From the NCBI GenBank assembly GCA_049999805.1, contig JBNGIO010006038.1, positions 72,725 through 113,145 on the forward strand: a stretch of DNA of 40,421 bases. The letters are read 5' to 3'. Below the pieces are notes generated by a model. It searched no databases, was not told where the DNA came from, and saw nothing but the letters and a program-made list of their open reading frames with translations. Position 1 is the stretch's first letter. Each line of letters opens with the position of its first letter. This document shows positions 23,100 to 34,764 of the stretch, in pieces. The DNA is from Folioceros fuciformis. Taxonomy: Eukaryota. A program made the translations under genes and the position numbers.

Positions 23100-24000
23100 G
23101 TACAACTTGTCTGGCAAGAACATCTTCATTTCCAACGGCCGGGCCAGTGCCCCTGCATTGTCGATGTCGACCTCTTTGGGACATTGTCTACTGCTGGACA
23201 AACACCCTTGTAGTGCAAAACTTGAATCAAAATCTCACCTTGTCCGTTGCCAGCACGTTTTCAAAGCTGGTTCGCAAGTCCGCATTATTGCATCGGCGAG
23301 GTATCAGCTTGTCGGCAGACAACATAAGAAGGTGATGTACATTGGACTTGTGCTGAAAGAACTTTTGCTTCATAAGACAGATTAGCATTTTCACTCTTAC
23401 TTGGGCTCGAACCTTGTACTTCCATACCCAAAGGATGTAACCCACAACAGTTTTTTGGGTCTTGGAAGCATCGAGGTAGACATTCACCCAAAGAACCGGG
23501 ATGGGATCAAAGTTGGGCAAGGTGTAATCAACCCCTCCTTCGTGGACACACCATTTTTTGTCCAAGAGATCTTGTTCAGGCAAGAAAACAAATATGTCTT
23601 GCAATGCCCTTTTCTCTTTCCTTGTGAATGGGTTTTCAAGTCCATTCCTAGTACAACACCTAGCTCCTCCAGGAAGATCGTTGTCGGATCCATCTCCAAG
23701 GCTGCCTCACCTAGAGTTTCCCTTCCCCTGCTCTCGTGCCGGCCCTGGCTCCCGCAAACAAGCAGAAAGCTTCCTTGCCTTGTCGATGAAGTCGTCTTGT
23801 GCCCAGCTTTGGTGTCTTTTGATCCTCTTTTTGGTTTGGATTTTCCCATACCACTTCCTTGTCGTAGTTTGGCCTCCTATGCAGTCCTCCTTTTCCCAGA
23901 GCCCTTGGCCTCTCTTTTGGGGTGCACTCTCTTCTGCTTTCCATCTGCAAGCACTACCTGAACGTCAACAACATTGGCGTGCTTGGCTCAAACTTGGTGT
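23100..24000 (-). pseudogene. Degenerate ORF of unknown type inside the TE block
   Basis: Protein-like frame (…NPFTRKEKRALQDIFVFLPEQDLLDKKWCVHEGG…) interrupted by isolated stops; no recognised domain. Confidence 0.3.
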
Positions 24001-24743
24001 GTCGGCTGCGACATTTCCGAACAAAACAATAGCAACCTCGATTCAAGAAGGTAGTTTAGTATCCATATCACATATCTATCCAAAAACGTCACAATGAGGG
24101 GTATCTAAAAAGGTTCCAAAACTTGCTATTTCGGTTTCTACCCAATAAAGAAAAGAAAATCCTAAAGGCTTGAAGAGCCTACTTAGTTGCCCACATAGAT
24201 ACCGGGATATGGTCGGCCCTATACAAAATTTTCCCGAGTTGCAACAATCTAGCATGGACCACATCAAAATTCAATTGTTAGCTATCACATGATTCTGGTA
24301 CACTACACTGCGCTGCTCCTTGAAACCACAAAAAAAAACCGAGCTCTCACCCGAATGAGACCGTGCCTAGCGACGGTGATTATCCGGATATGCTTAACGA
24401 CGGACACTAAGCACATGTGTAGATGCCCAAGGAAGGCCAGCTTCTGCAGGTTTCTTAATCGCAACTAACTCCTTTAGGTTGCTCAACCATGATCAGGAGC
24501 ACAGCGGCTAGCAACAACAAGGAACCCGAAGCAATGATGACAAGAAGTGCTCACGACAACAATACACCAAGCACGAGATCAGGTGAGGTAAAAGACCTCG
24601 TCATGTGTCAGAAAAGGCCCTAAATAAGAGCACGCCTTGCCTCCTTCCTTGCTGATCCTATGCTTTGCGCCTATGCCAACCCACCGCTGCCGACCTCATT
24701 CTCTCGCCCAACAATGCCTTCCGCAGTAGCTCCTGATCGTTTT

Positions 24744-24797
24744 AACGCTACCTCCCACCCAAGCTAGAGCGGTTCAACGCTACCTCCCACCCAAGCT
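24744..24797 (+). repeat. 22-bp direct repeat
   Basis: aacgctacctcccacccaagct at 24744-24765 and 24776-24797. Confidence 0.9.
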
Positions 24798-25397
24798 TCC
24801 ACCTGCGTTGCTTGATTCCACCTTGTCTACTAGCCGCACATCCCGATTCCACCCTACAAGATATGGTGAAGGCCGCCGCCGCCCTGGTGCCCACTTAGCT
24901 AAGACAAGATGCAGATTCTAGCTCTTGAAGGTCAACATTGATGCAGGAAATTGTGGACGATGTTGATGGCAGACATAGTGCTCTCACCCTCTCCTTTTAC
25001 AAGTCCTGTTCTGGCGCGCACAACTTTTGTCTCCACGTCTTCCAACACCAGAGGATCTTGAGGTTTTTTGGTTGACCTAAAAAGTGGTGATTTAAGACAC
25101 GATGCGTTTTTTTGAGTAAGGCTAGTTCTAAAGTATGGTTAGACTAATTGTGGGTTTATTTTCCTAATTGCAGTTAGCCGAGATCGGATGCTGGTTTTTG
25201 CTTGTTGCAAATGGTCAACCAGTATTAATTATGCCAGTTGTTTGATACAAATGTGCTTAATTAAACAGTGCTATTCATGGAAGGTTCCGTTTCAAACTAG
25301 TCGCTAAAGCGGAGTGAGTAATATTTCTAGTGGCTGCTTCCTACGACACCTACGACATTGAAGGCGTCGTCTCTGTGCTTGGTGGTGGCGGGAGCTT

Positions 25398-27751
25398 ATG
25401 CGTGAGCAACTTTGGGGCCAAGAAGCACAGCCACCACTTGCGTTCAAGGTAACAAGAGTTGGCAGCGCTATAGATGGATGGCATGACGCAACACTAGAAC
25501 CAAGAATGAGAAGGATGCCTAGAGGATTGGGCATTGTACAGGGTTCATTGAGAAGATGTGTGGTGAATACGACGCCGGAGGTTCCAACAATCAGAAAATC
25601 TAGATCACTGCACAATTTGGTGCATACAGCAAGACGAGAAAGCGGACAGTAGTTGGACTCTTGTGCAGAAGATGGAGAAGAACGCAACAACAAAGCAGGT
25701 TCTGATGAAGACAACGAGGATCGTCTGCGTCTTTGCCAACGTAGGTTGTTTAGCAATACTCTATGCGCAAGTGCAATCGGGCAAGCTTTGACACCATCCG
25801 GAACGATAAATCCACATGTAGGAGACACCGGTGTAGCATCCACGCAAAAATCTCAATGCAAGACTTTGAAGGAGGGGAGTCCTTTGACAAAACGAAGGTA
25901 TGTACCGAAACGACATATCCGTGCAAAGAAATTGTGCATTCCAAGTTTGATATAGCGGACTTGGGAATCGCACTGCTGCCGCAAAGGGTACTTGCTGAAG
26001 ATTGGTAAGGAATGCATCGAGCAATTGAGGTATCGCTTTCTAACATTGGGCAGGGAGTAACAGGAGCTGTTTTGAGAAGGCCTGATGGATAAAAAGATAG
26101 GCTCATATGCATTGCCTTGTGTCAACATTTGTGTGGTAGCGAAGAAGAAAGTCTTGTGTTGTATTAAAAGCTTCCTGAAGGTATTTTGTATAGAGTGGGA
26201 CAAGTACCAAGACTTGAAAAACCGAGACTTTAAAAATGCTTCTTGGTCCTCAGAATTGCGCAGAAGGGCAAGATTAAGAGAAGACCATGTCTTGGAATGC
26301 ATTGCTTGGATGGATCACTTTTTTAAGCTCACTTCAGAGAGACTTCCCAATCCATTGCTATATCAGCTTTCAGACTCGTATACAAAAGGAGAGATATTTC
26401 TAAAGTACAAGCGGGAGGTCTGCAATGCAGGTCTCATGAACGTGTCCATTCCCACTTCTGCGCTCTATGGAAAATGTACTTCCCGAAGGTTAAAATTCCC
26501 AAGAGTAGCCAATTCTCGAAGTACATTGAATGTGAAATATTGAAATCGACAATGAAAAACACTACCGACCACTTACAACAAGGTGTGTCACTAACAACAT
26601 TTTCTTCCCATCTGTTAAGATTTTCTGGCAACCCGATGGTGCACCATATTGTGGTTAGTAGGCAATCCCGAAGATGATTAAACAATGCCACACCCTGGGT
26701 GGCATCAGTTAATCATAATGGACGAGCCATCAACCCGAGCACACCCTTGGACGTGCCATCACCTTGGGCGCACCCTTGGTCATGCCAGCATCCTTGAACC
26801 GCAGCTGGGTGCGCCCAGGTTGGTCCGTAATCCCTTGCATGATCCAGGGCACACCATCTATTATGGCGCGTCTAGTGGCAAGGTATGGGTCTGGGATATG
26901 GTATAACAAGAAGGCAGCGATATCCTCTATAATTATGGAGGGGGAGGCGTATCCAGCTTCAGAAGGAATGGATATATTAGACAGGCCTGCGGAGGCAAGG
27001 CATATGTATGTCGAACCCTATCAGCCTGCGGGAACTAAGGCAATGGAGGAAGCGAGGCTCGAAGCCATCTATCGTTGCTAAAATTAGGGAGGGTGATATG
27101 ATCGCTGTCCCTTGTGAAGGGGATTCGCAGAATTAGCCATTTTGGGTTGCCCAACTACAAGAGGTTAACACCACATCTATTGACCCCTGCCTTTTGGTGT
27201 AGTTGTGGATAACAGAAAATGCTAATGCATTCGGGGGTAGGTATTTGCCAGGGGAGATATGCCCATCCCAGCTAGCTGGAAGAGGGGGAAAACGTCCCCG
27301 AATTCGGTGTCCCCCAAAGTTGGATAAGTTGATTCTTTTGGAAACATATACATTGGCATATGCTTTTTCTCTAACTTGGGATAGCACACTCCAACTAAGG
27401 ATGTAGCAGCTCATAAAAACAAAGTTGTATGACCTGCAACCACTAACACTGAAAGAAGAGAGTCTTGTACAAGAGCCTTTGGATGGTGGTGGAGCAATGT
27501 GCGCATTAGCCAGGCGTGAACCACCGAATGGAGAAGAATATGTTATGTACGACCATGCAAACAGTGATCATGCTGGCATAGAAGATGCTGGCGGTCCCCG
27601 TAGATCAGCATCTGGGCCAATCACACGGAGAACGCGAGCACGATTGCAAGGAACCCACATGGTGGAGGGTGCTTTCGCTACGATGTTTGATGAAAGCCCA
27701 AAGCAAGTGTCGAAGAAAAAAAAAGAAAAAAGTTCCAGCATAAGCCTGTAG
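25398..27751 (+). pseudogene. Degenerate, internally deleted DNA-transposase-like gene (resembles N-terminal Cys-rich region of DUF7869/Sola-like proteins)
   Basis: One frame 25398-~26450 with stops at 25650, 25953, 26058, 26073 (HCCRKGYLLKIGKECIEQLRYRFLTLGRE*QELF*EGLM...CIAWMDHFFKLTSERLPN...YTKGEIFLKY), frameshift to FCALWKMYFPKVKIPKSSQFSKYIEC; second stop-interrupted frame 27071-27751 (IREGDMIAVPC...PFWVAQL). Confidence 0.6.
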
Positions 27752-30141
27752 CCCAGTTAGGGTGATGTACACGAATTTTTCCTTTACTTAGGGGCATGGC
27801 GCGCCCTTGGGCATGCCATGCTCCTACAATGGTGAAATCGGCTGTTTGTAGAGAGCCTAAGTCATGCTCGAATGAAACATCCTTCATTGATGCAAATACG
27901 AATTGCCATGCAAAATCAATATGTGCATCTTGTTTATCATTAAGTTGTTGTACACACACATGTGGATCCTTTGATTGTCGGGTTTGTTGATAGCAATTGA
28001 ATGCAATTCATCCATCCCAAAACGTGGAAACATGCATGATCTGGGTGAAAAGGTGCATGAAAGGTTTGGATCCCAAGCAAAGCACCATTGGTCTGGAAAG
28101 ACCCGAATTATTTTAGACAATGTTTTGCAATGTGGAAGGATGTCCTATTTGGTTTTAGCCCTAAAACTAGCATACGCCCCAAAGAGGACATGGAAACCCT
28201 GTGTTTGTAAACCTAGAGAGAGGGGTACGTCCCCTTTGGCATGCCATACATCACCAAGAGTTTACATGCATCACGGGGACATTAGGTTTACATGCATCGC
28301 AGGTGATCAACTAGAAGGAGGAGGAGGGTTAGCCATCCACGCATGACGAGCCTGCCATCCTCCTCCTCCTTCTTTCTAGCCCGTAGGGACCCTCCATGGG
28401 TGTGGACAATCGCTTGTCTCCTTTACCCTCTGTAGTAATGGGGGAATTGGCCAGTGCCTTAGGGGTGTGTTTGCTGTGGGGTGAGACCCTTTATAGCTTT
28501 GCCTTGCCCTCATGGGCTGTGAAATAAAGGTGGGCATTTTATTCCCGACTAAGGTTGTGCAAACCTTCCTACATTTGTATGTACCTTGTCTTCTTCACCT
28601 CCACCTAATTAGATGGCGAGGAAGGCATGGAAGAGATGTATGCTAGAAGGCACGGAAGGGACATCCCCTTCAACAAGTTATGGAATAGAGTGGCGAATAC
28701 CTAGAAATGAACCCGAGGTTGGTTAGGGATGTGCATGTATGCAAGAGAGCCATGTGCACACTTGGTTGAACGTTGCGAGGTTTGATGTGAACCTTGCAAA
28801 CCATAACAAAAAAGAAAGTGAATGAGTGTGAGTGAGACTGACCGCGAAGTGTGAGGGAGAAAATGTTATGGCACCCTGAGGTTTGTCCCATCAGGGAGCC
28901 TAGATGGCGCCCTACGATCGAAGGAGGCAGATTTTTGACGTCCAAAAGTTTGGACCGTATACCATTGCGCAAAACTTTGTATCAAAAGATGGCGTGACCA
29001 TATCGATATTCCATACGAAACGGCTAAGTATTCAAATCATGTTTTTAGTGTTCGACTTTTTAATATTATCCCTTGTTTCATAGAGATGTTGAAGTCCATT
29101 CTTTGTAAAGCTAGAGCCTTGAGCTTCAAAAAACTCAAGTTTGGTAGCGTCCAAAATGAATCGCAGATGAGCCAAGACGTTGAGACCCACGGAATGGGAA
29201 ACGTCGTTTTTTGCGCTTTCGCTTCATTCGAGGTCCTTTGATAAATGCCAACCATAGGCTGGCCCGGGGGCCCGCGCCTCGCGCGGCACGTCCCCCGAGG
29301 TAAGCCACGGTCGGGACTGAAAGACGGTTGAGCTGTTGCTGAAGTCTAAATCCGCAGCCCAGGCCAGGCAAGCAGCCAGCCGCCTTGCTACTTGCTGTTC
29401 CCTCTCGAGACATGAGCATCCATCACGGGACTCTGCTTGTCTCGAGGCTTCCTTGCTCTAGTCTTTGGAGATGTGCATGGGCACGACCAGTCATTGGCGG
29501 GCACATTCTCCTCGTCATACACTGGATGCTGCCAGCCAACTTCCAAACGCGCAACCGCCATTTGCCGGCCAGCAACTAGACAACACCGCCGTTGGCCTTG
29601 GCCGAGGCCTAGCCCTAGGCACAGCCCTGCTCCTAGTATCTACTAGTCGCAGTCCCAGTCTTAGTCCTAGATAGTATCTCCCGCTCCAGGATTCCGCTCC
29701 TTTTTTAGCTTCCTCGGCTTGCGTTGCCGGGAGCCCTCTCGCTCCCACAGAAGCAAACAAAAGCGTGCTTTTCCAGTCCCTCGCACCCCCACTTGTTGCA
29801 CTGCCTTGGTTTCCTCCAACTGCAGGATTCCTTTCCCGTTGCGGAAACCGGGGCTTCGTTTCGTACAGCGCCTGGAATCGGGGATGGATGGACGTATAGA
29901 TGCGCGTGATGCTCTCACAGAAGGACGCCGGGTATATGCAGTACAGAGGGGGCAGCGCACACAAGACACTTTTGATTCCACGAGACAAAAACAGTGTGGA
30001 TACAGACAGACGTTGCCTAGCACCAAGCAGGTGGAAACAGTACCTTTCGAAGGCCACTAGCTACGGAAAAGCATTTGCACACATGTGTGTAACAGACTTG
30101 TTCAGTGCATCTCCATACACAGGAGGAAGGATTGCATCTGT

Positions 30142-33100
30142 TCAGTATCTGCTACCCGTTTTGCGATGATGAATGGCTGTCACACGTTTCTCATCCTGCA
30201 GAGAGCACCAAGGCACTTGTGAGACGACGATGCTCGCTGGCTGCCGGCCGGCCTGGCTGACTGGTTTCCTGATAAGATACCCGATACCCAGTGTTGCGGA
30301 CATGGGAGTGGTGACAAAGGTGTACATACCAGCAGCTCTCCACCGTCCACTGTTGCGTACAGCACCCAGTGATCCCCAGTCTCCATCCGGCTTGTCACCG
30401 TGCACTCCATCCATGCGATCTGTCACAACAGCAGCATCACACGCACAGCGACAAGAACAGTGTCACATCACGGGGAACCCTAACGGGAAGGAGAGGGGAA
30501 CGGGACGGGGTGAAGAGATGTGGAAGCATACCGCGTCCACCAGAATGACACCCCCGTTGCCGGCGGTCTTCGTTTCCAGCCCCTCGAATCGGGGATCACC
30601 GGGAGCGAATTTCTTCAAGAGCTGCTTCATGATTCCCGAGGTGTTGCCTTGTCCCAGCACGTTCAGCACGAACTTGCCTCCCGGCAGCACCAGCCCCTCC
30701 ACTGCCCTCTCTTTGGCTACCTGCGATTGACGAGGACAAAACGTCTCTGATCACATGGCTTGCCAGGCACGGGTAGCTGTTGAATGCCGACAAAATGTGG
30801 CACACGCTACAGAGACTGCTTACAGCGATAGTCAAGCCCGGCGGGACGAAGCTGGCCTGGCTCACCCATGATGCCAGCATGGCGCTCTCTGCATCTCCGT
30901 TCTTGGCGCTCAGGACGCACAGAGAGCCCACGATCCTGCCCACGGCCTGCTCTACATTCGAGGCCAATGTGAACTGGGCGCCAGCTTTACTGCGCTCTTT
31001 CACCTTCTTCTTCCTCACGGCCTGGGCCAGGTCCGTCCCACTCTCCTCGCAGACCTGGAGGGTGGCTTCCGTGGGCTGTGTTCGTTCACACACAAGCAAG
31101 CAAGAAAATCAAAGATGTGAAACAGATCTGGAGCAGGAGACGCACGAAACCCATCCTCGCTCTTTACCTTGAATTTGCAACGGATGGCGGGGAATGCGAA
31201 CGAAAAGCCACCGTCCTTTAGCCGCTGTTCGATTTCATCTACAGCTTCTCCGCTCCATCCGAAGGAGCCGAACACCCCACACGGCTTGCTTCTGGAATCA
31301 GTGTCATTCAGGATCACTCCCAACGCGTTCTGCACGCACGTGGCACGTTAGGACCATCCATCCACACAACCAAGGAAGGGGAATGAATGCAACAATGGGC
31401 CAACCCAGCTCCCAATTCTCACCTGCACAGGAGTGGGCATGTGCCCACCTAGAGTTGGACTTCCCACCACAAACCCACAAGACCGTTTCACCACGGCAAG
31501 GACCTCCTCACTGCCGACCTCTTCGCAATTCACAGATTCGATTCCCACGCCTGCTTTGCTGATTCCTCGACTGCACCAACATGCATGAGAAAGAACAACG
31601 CACGTCAGGTCGTCTGTGACCAAGCAGATCCCGTGCCCAAACGGACTCGCAGCATTAACTACGTCAAGTCACGCAACCTGATAGCTTGGGCCAGAGCAGC
31701 TGTGTTGCCATAAGCAGAGGCGTAGATGACTGCCACAGACGCCTCCTCAGCCTGCTTCACCTTTTCGTCTGTCCACTGCAGACGTGCAAACATCTCGTTA
31801 TCACCCACATTGTTTCTCTTGCACGACAGAGGTGCCAACAAGCATGAGTACCGACCGTATGAGCAAAGCCGGATGGAGCTGGCTCACAACATGGAGACAG
31901 GCAATACCACGGACCCAGTAGCACTCACCGTGCGATACTCTCTCACGAGTTCAGTCAGAGCTGATCGAACAACAGGTCCATGAAGAGGGCAGAGAGCAGC
32001 AGTTACTATTGCTCCTTCAGGACCAAGGTCCTCATAAAATGCAGCTGATTTGCCACCTGGAAGCTTCAATGCGCTCAACACTGTTGCAAGAATGTAGCGT
32101 ACATCAGCCTGTGACATGGTCAAACATACTTCGTTAAACTCCACGTCACATACAGACAAGTTCTTGCCCGTTCCCCCTGGATGGCTCAGGACGATCGCCT
32201 TCAGGGTAGGTGGTTACCTTGACAATGTCGATCCCTGTTTTCCCGGAGTAATTCGGTTTCGAGAATTGGGCCACAACGGGAAGCTTCTCCAAACATGTCT
32301 TCGCCTGTGAAAGCAGAAATTCAAAATTCAGCACAAGAGCCAGAATGGAACAACGAGCATGTTTCGCCAAGTGGTCAGTGCAACGTCATGGTCTCTTTCT
32401 TCAATCACACAAAATCACAGGCTTTCTCTTGTGGCCGAGAGGTCAGGATAGAGCCCACACCTGTTTAGGAACTGGTGCAAGCATGCAGTCATAGAAAAAC
32501 CGCCAGTCCTCGCCGTAGGTCTCCCAACCCCCAGTGTCATATTCAGAGGCCCCACAAACATGGGCGCTGCGAAAAAGGTCTTCAAGTGTTCACAATTGAA
32601 GAAGTCATAGATTCATCAGTGCACAAGAGTATAAGGGTCCTGAAAGCAAGAAAGAAAGGCACCTGAACAACTTGTGCGTGAACAAGAGTTGAGTGGCTGG
32701 ATCGTAGGTGCATAATCCATCTGGCCACCTCGGGGTTGGTGTTAAGACGAACTGAAGCTCGTGCCCTGCACGGTCGCTATAACAGAGCACCATGGATCAA
32801 TTCCCACTTACAACCATGAAACAGGGACTGCAAGCTCGTCAGGATGAACCCAGACAGGCTCTTTGGACAGACAAGGCGCTGAGGCAAACAAGGACTCCAC
32901 GTGGTTGTAGGGTTTCACCTCCTCCGAGATCGAGCTTCTCATCCCCTCGGACTACTTTTACTGAGAAAACTTTGTCTAGCAGCTTCTCTGATATCGATGC
33001 CTTAAACACCTGGGCCGCAGGATTTGAGCAGTATACTTGAATACGAGGAGCTGCACAAAGAAAGGAAAACAACCATTACCCCTGCACTCACATCCAGGCA

Positions 33101-34023
33101 TACATTGGCAACGAAGCCACCTGTAGGGCTACGTGCTCCAACCTCCATCAGGAAGAGCTTCCCCCAAGCTTATCAAGCTTTCAGCTCGCTTTGGACTGAG
33201 ATGTCCAAGCACCAAGTACTTGATGCTCCCAAGCTCGACACTGCTTGCTAGTGCTTGGACGAATGCCCTTGAGAAGGCTCTATCAGGTACGTCTACCAAT
33301 GCTGTCGCATTGCTCCCTTTGATGATGTAAGAGTTGTCTGTTGTCCCACGTTTTAATCCATACTCAATCTAAGATGTGGTGATGCCAAGCATAAGCCTTT
33401 TGACAGCTTCCGACCATGGTTATCTAACATCCTAAACAGTTGACGTCATTGGGAACAGGGGAAATCAGGTCAGTATAGTGGGCGGATCAACATCCGGAAC
33501 ATACCTCGAACTTGAGCCTTTCCAAACTGCGACCTCTTAAGCTCCAGGTGTCGTTCGTCAGTTTCACGAGCTGCACGTCAGACTCCTGATACACACACAG
33601 AGAAATCAAAGCTTTCCTTCACGCCACTTCCAGAGTCCCAGCTGATGATGATGGGATACCAAACGCCTCAGCCTGGATGCATAAATGGGGGACACTCACC
33701 TCTCGGTAAGCGGGTGAGGGTGAAGCAGGTGCATCCGGTGGAGCTGAGGTAGCAGTGCCACTGCAGGAGACTCTGTGCCTCGAGAATGGCACAGGAAAGG
33801 CCTTGACGGAGCCCAAGAGAGTTGATTTGGGGCAGCGGCTGGATGACTTTCTCAAGGGGGAAGCCACCAAACAGGCAAGCCTGACTGCACTTTCGCAGCC
33901 AGGCGACCCAGAAGCGGAAGCAAAGACGGAAACGGAAACGGAAGCTATTCCGGTATTGCACGCAGACTCAGGAACAGCTGCCGCCCTGTGAACTGCCCAC
34001 GTACCCGGCACGCAAACTGCCAT
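30142..34023 (-). CDS. FLVA: Chloroplast flavodiiron protein, FLVA/Flv1-type (metallo-beta-lactamase-like + flavodoxin + flavin reductase domains)
   Basis: Multi-exon gene; transit-peptide-like MAVCVPG...; LKFEIEYGLKRGTTDNSY, GHLSPKR, TPTPRWPDGL, FTHKLFSAHVC, CPLHGPVV, YASAYGNTAALAQAI, GSPTLGGHMPTP, FGSFGWSGEAVD, GRIVGSLCV, ASWVSQASFVPPG, GDHWVLYA, HHRKTGSRY*; non-canonical iron ligands assign it to the A/Flv1 type. Confidence 0.93.
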
Positions 34024-34764
34024 ATTTGAGACAAGCAATTCAGCCTCCTGGAGGAAACCCACCTCCCCAGCAATGCAATCTTGGCTATTTTACACGATCC
34101 TTGTTGCATCCATCCTGGACTGCTAACCATGCAGGCACCGGATCCAACAAAGTGGATAAAGAAGGGTCGTGAAGCTAGGAGTGGAGGGAGATTTATCACG
34201 ACTTTGTTTAGCAGCCCATAAGCTGATTGGACTGTGGTCCCGGTATCCAGTAAGCGAGCTTGGGAAGGTGGTAGTGGCAGTGTGTGCAAGCTTCGTCAGC
34301 CCTGACTGACGGCAGCAGGCAGGCAGGACAGGGTAGCAGGCCTTGTGAGCAATGGGTTGTGTGCTCCTCACGGAGATCCGCCTCTGCACGCTGCCGTGCT
34401 CCTTTTGCTTCTGCTTGCTGCGTCCTTGCTAGGCCCCTGGTGTGGGAACTCGTGCACCTTCAAACTGCATCCGCAGTGCCGGCATCAGCAGCAGCGGTGG
34501 AGAGGCCTTTCCGGTGGCATGCATGTGTTCAGTCAAGAGTCTTTGCCAGCTGTGGTGAGTTCAATTCTTGTGTGTGGGTTCTTCTTGCTTCCATGTTTGC
34601 CACATTCATTTCGTTCAATCTGGGCAGGGTGAGCATACCTTCGTCTTTGTCTCCGGGGAATTTGGCAAGCATCAGTAGGTGGTTGCTGCATTTTTAGGGG
34701 TTGTGGGCGGAGTTGGTGCAGCTGGATTAGGAAGCACGTGTTGCGACAGGGGCAGTGGGGCCGC
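34024..34764. promoter_or_regulatory. Divergent intergenic region between FLVA and the dipeptidyl peptidase gene
   Basis: ~740 bp between head-to-head start codons. Confidence 0.45.

Larger units (their letters stand above)
21600..29150. mobile_element. Decayed transposon-rich block (boundaries approximate)
   Basis: No intact host gene; AT-richer than flanks; broken reading frames, dispersed palindromes and local duplications. Confidence 0.55.

Noticed and set aside
29385-30169. Several overlapping ORFs of 60-180 aa and a small hairpin (29404-29446) downstream of FLVA
   Set aside because: No recognisable domain or consistent splice structure; hairpin short and bulged
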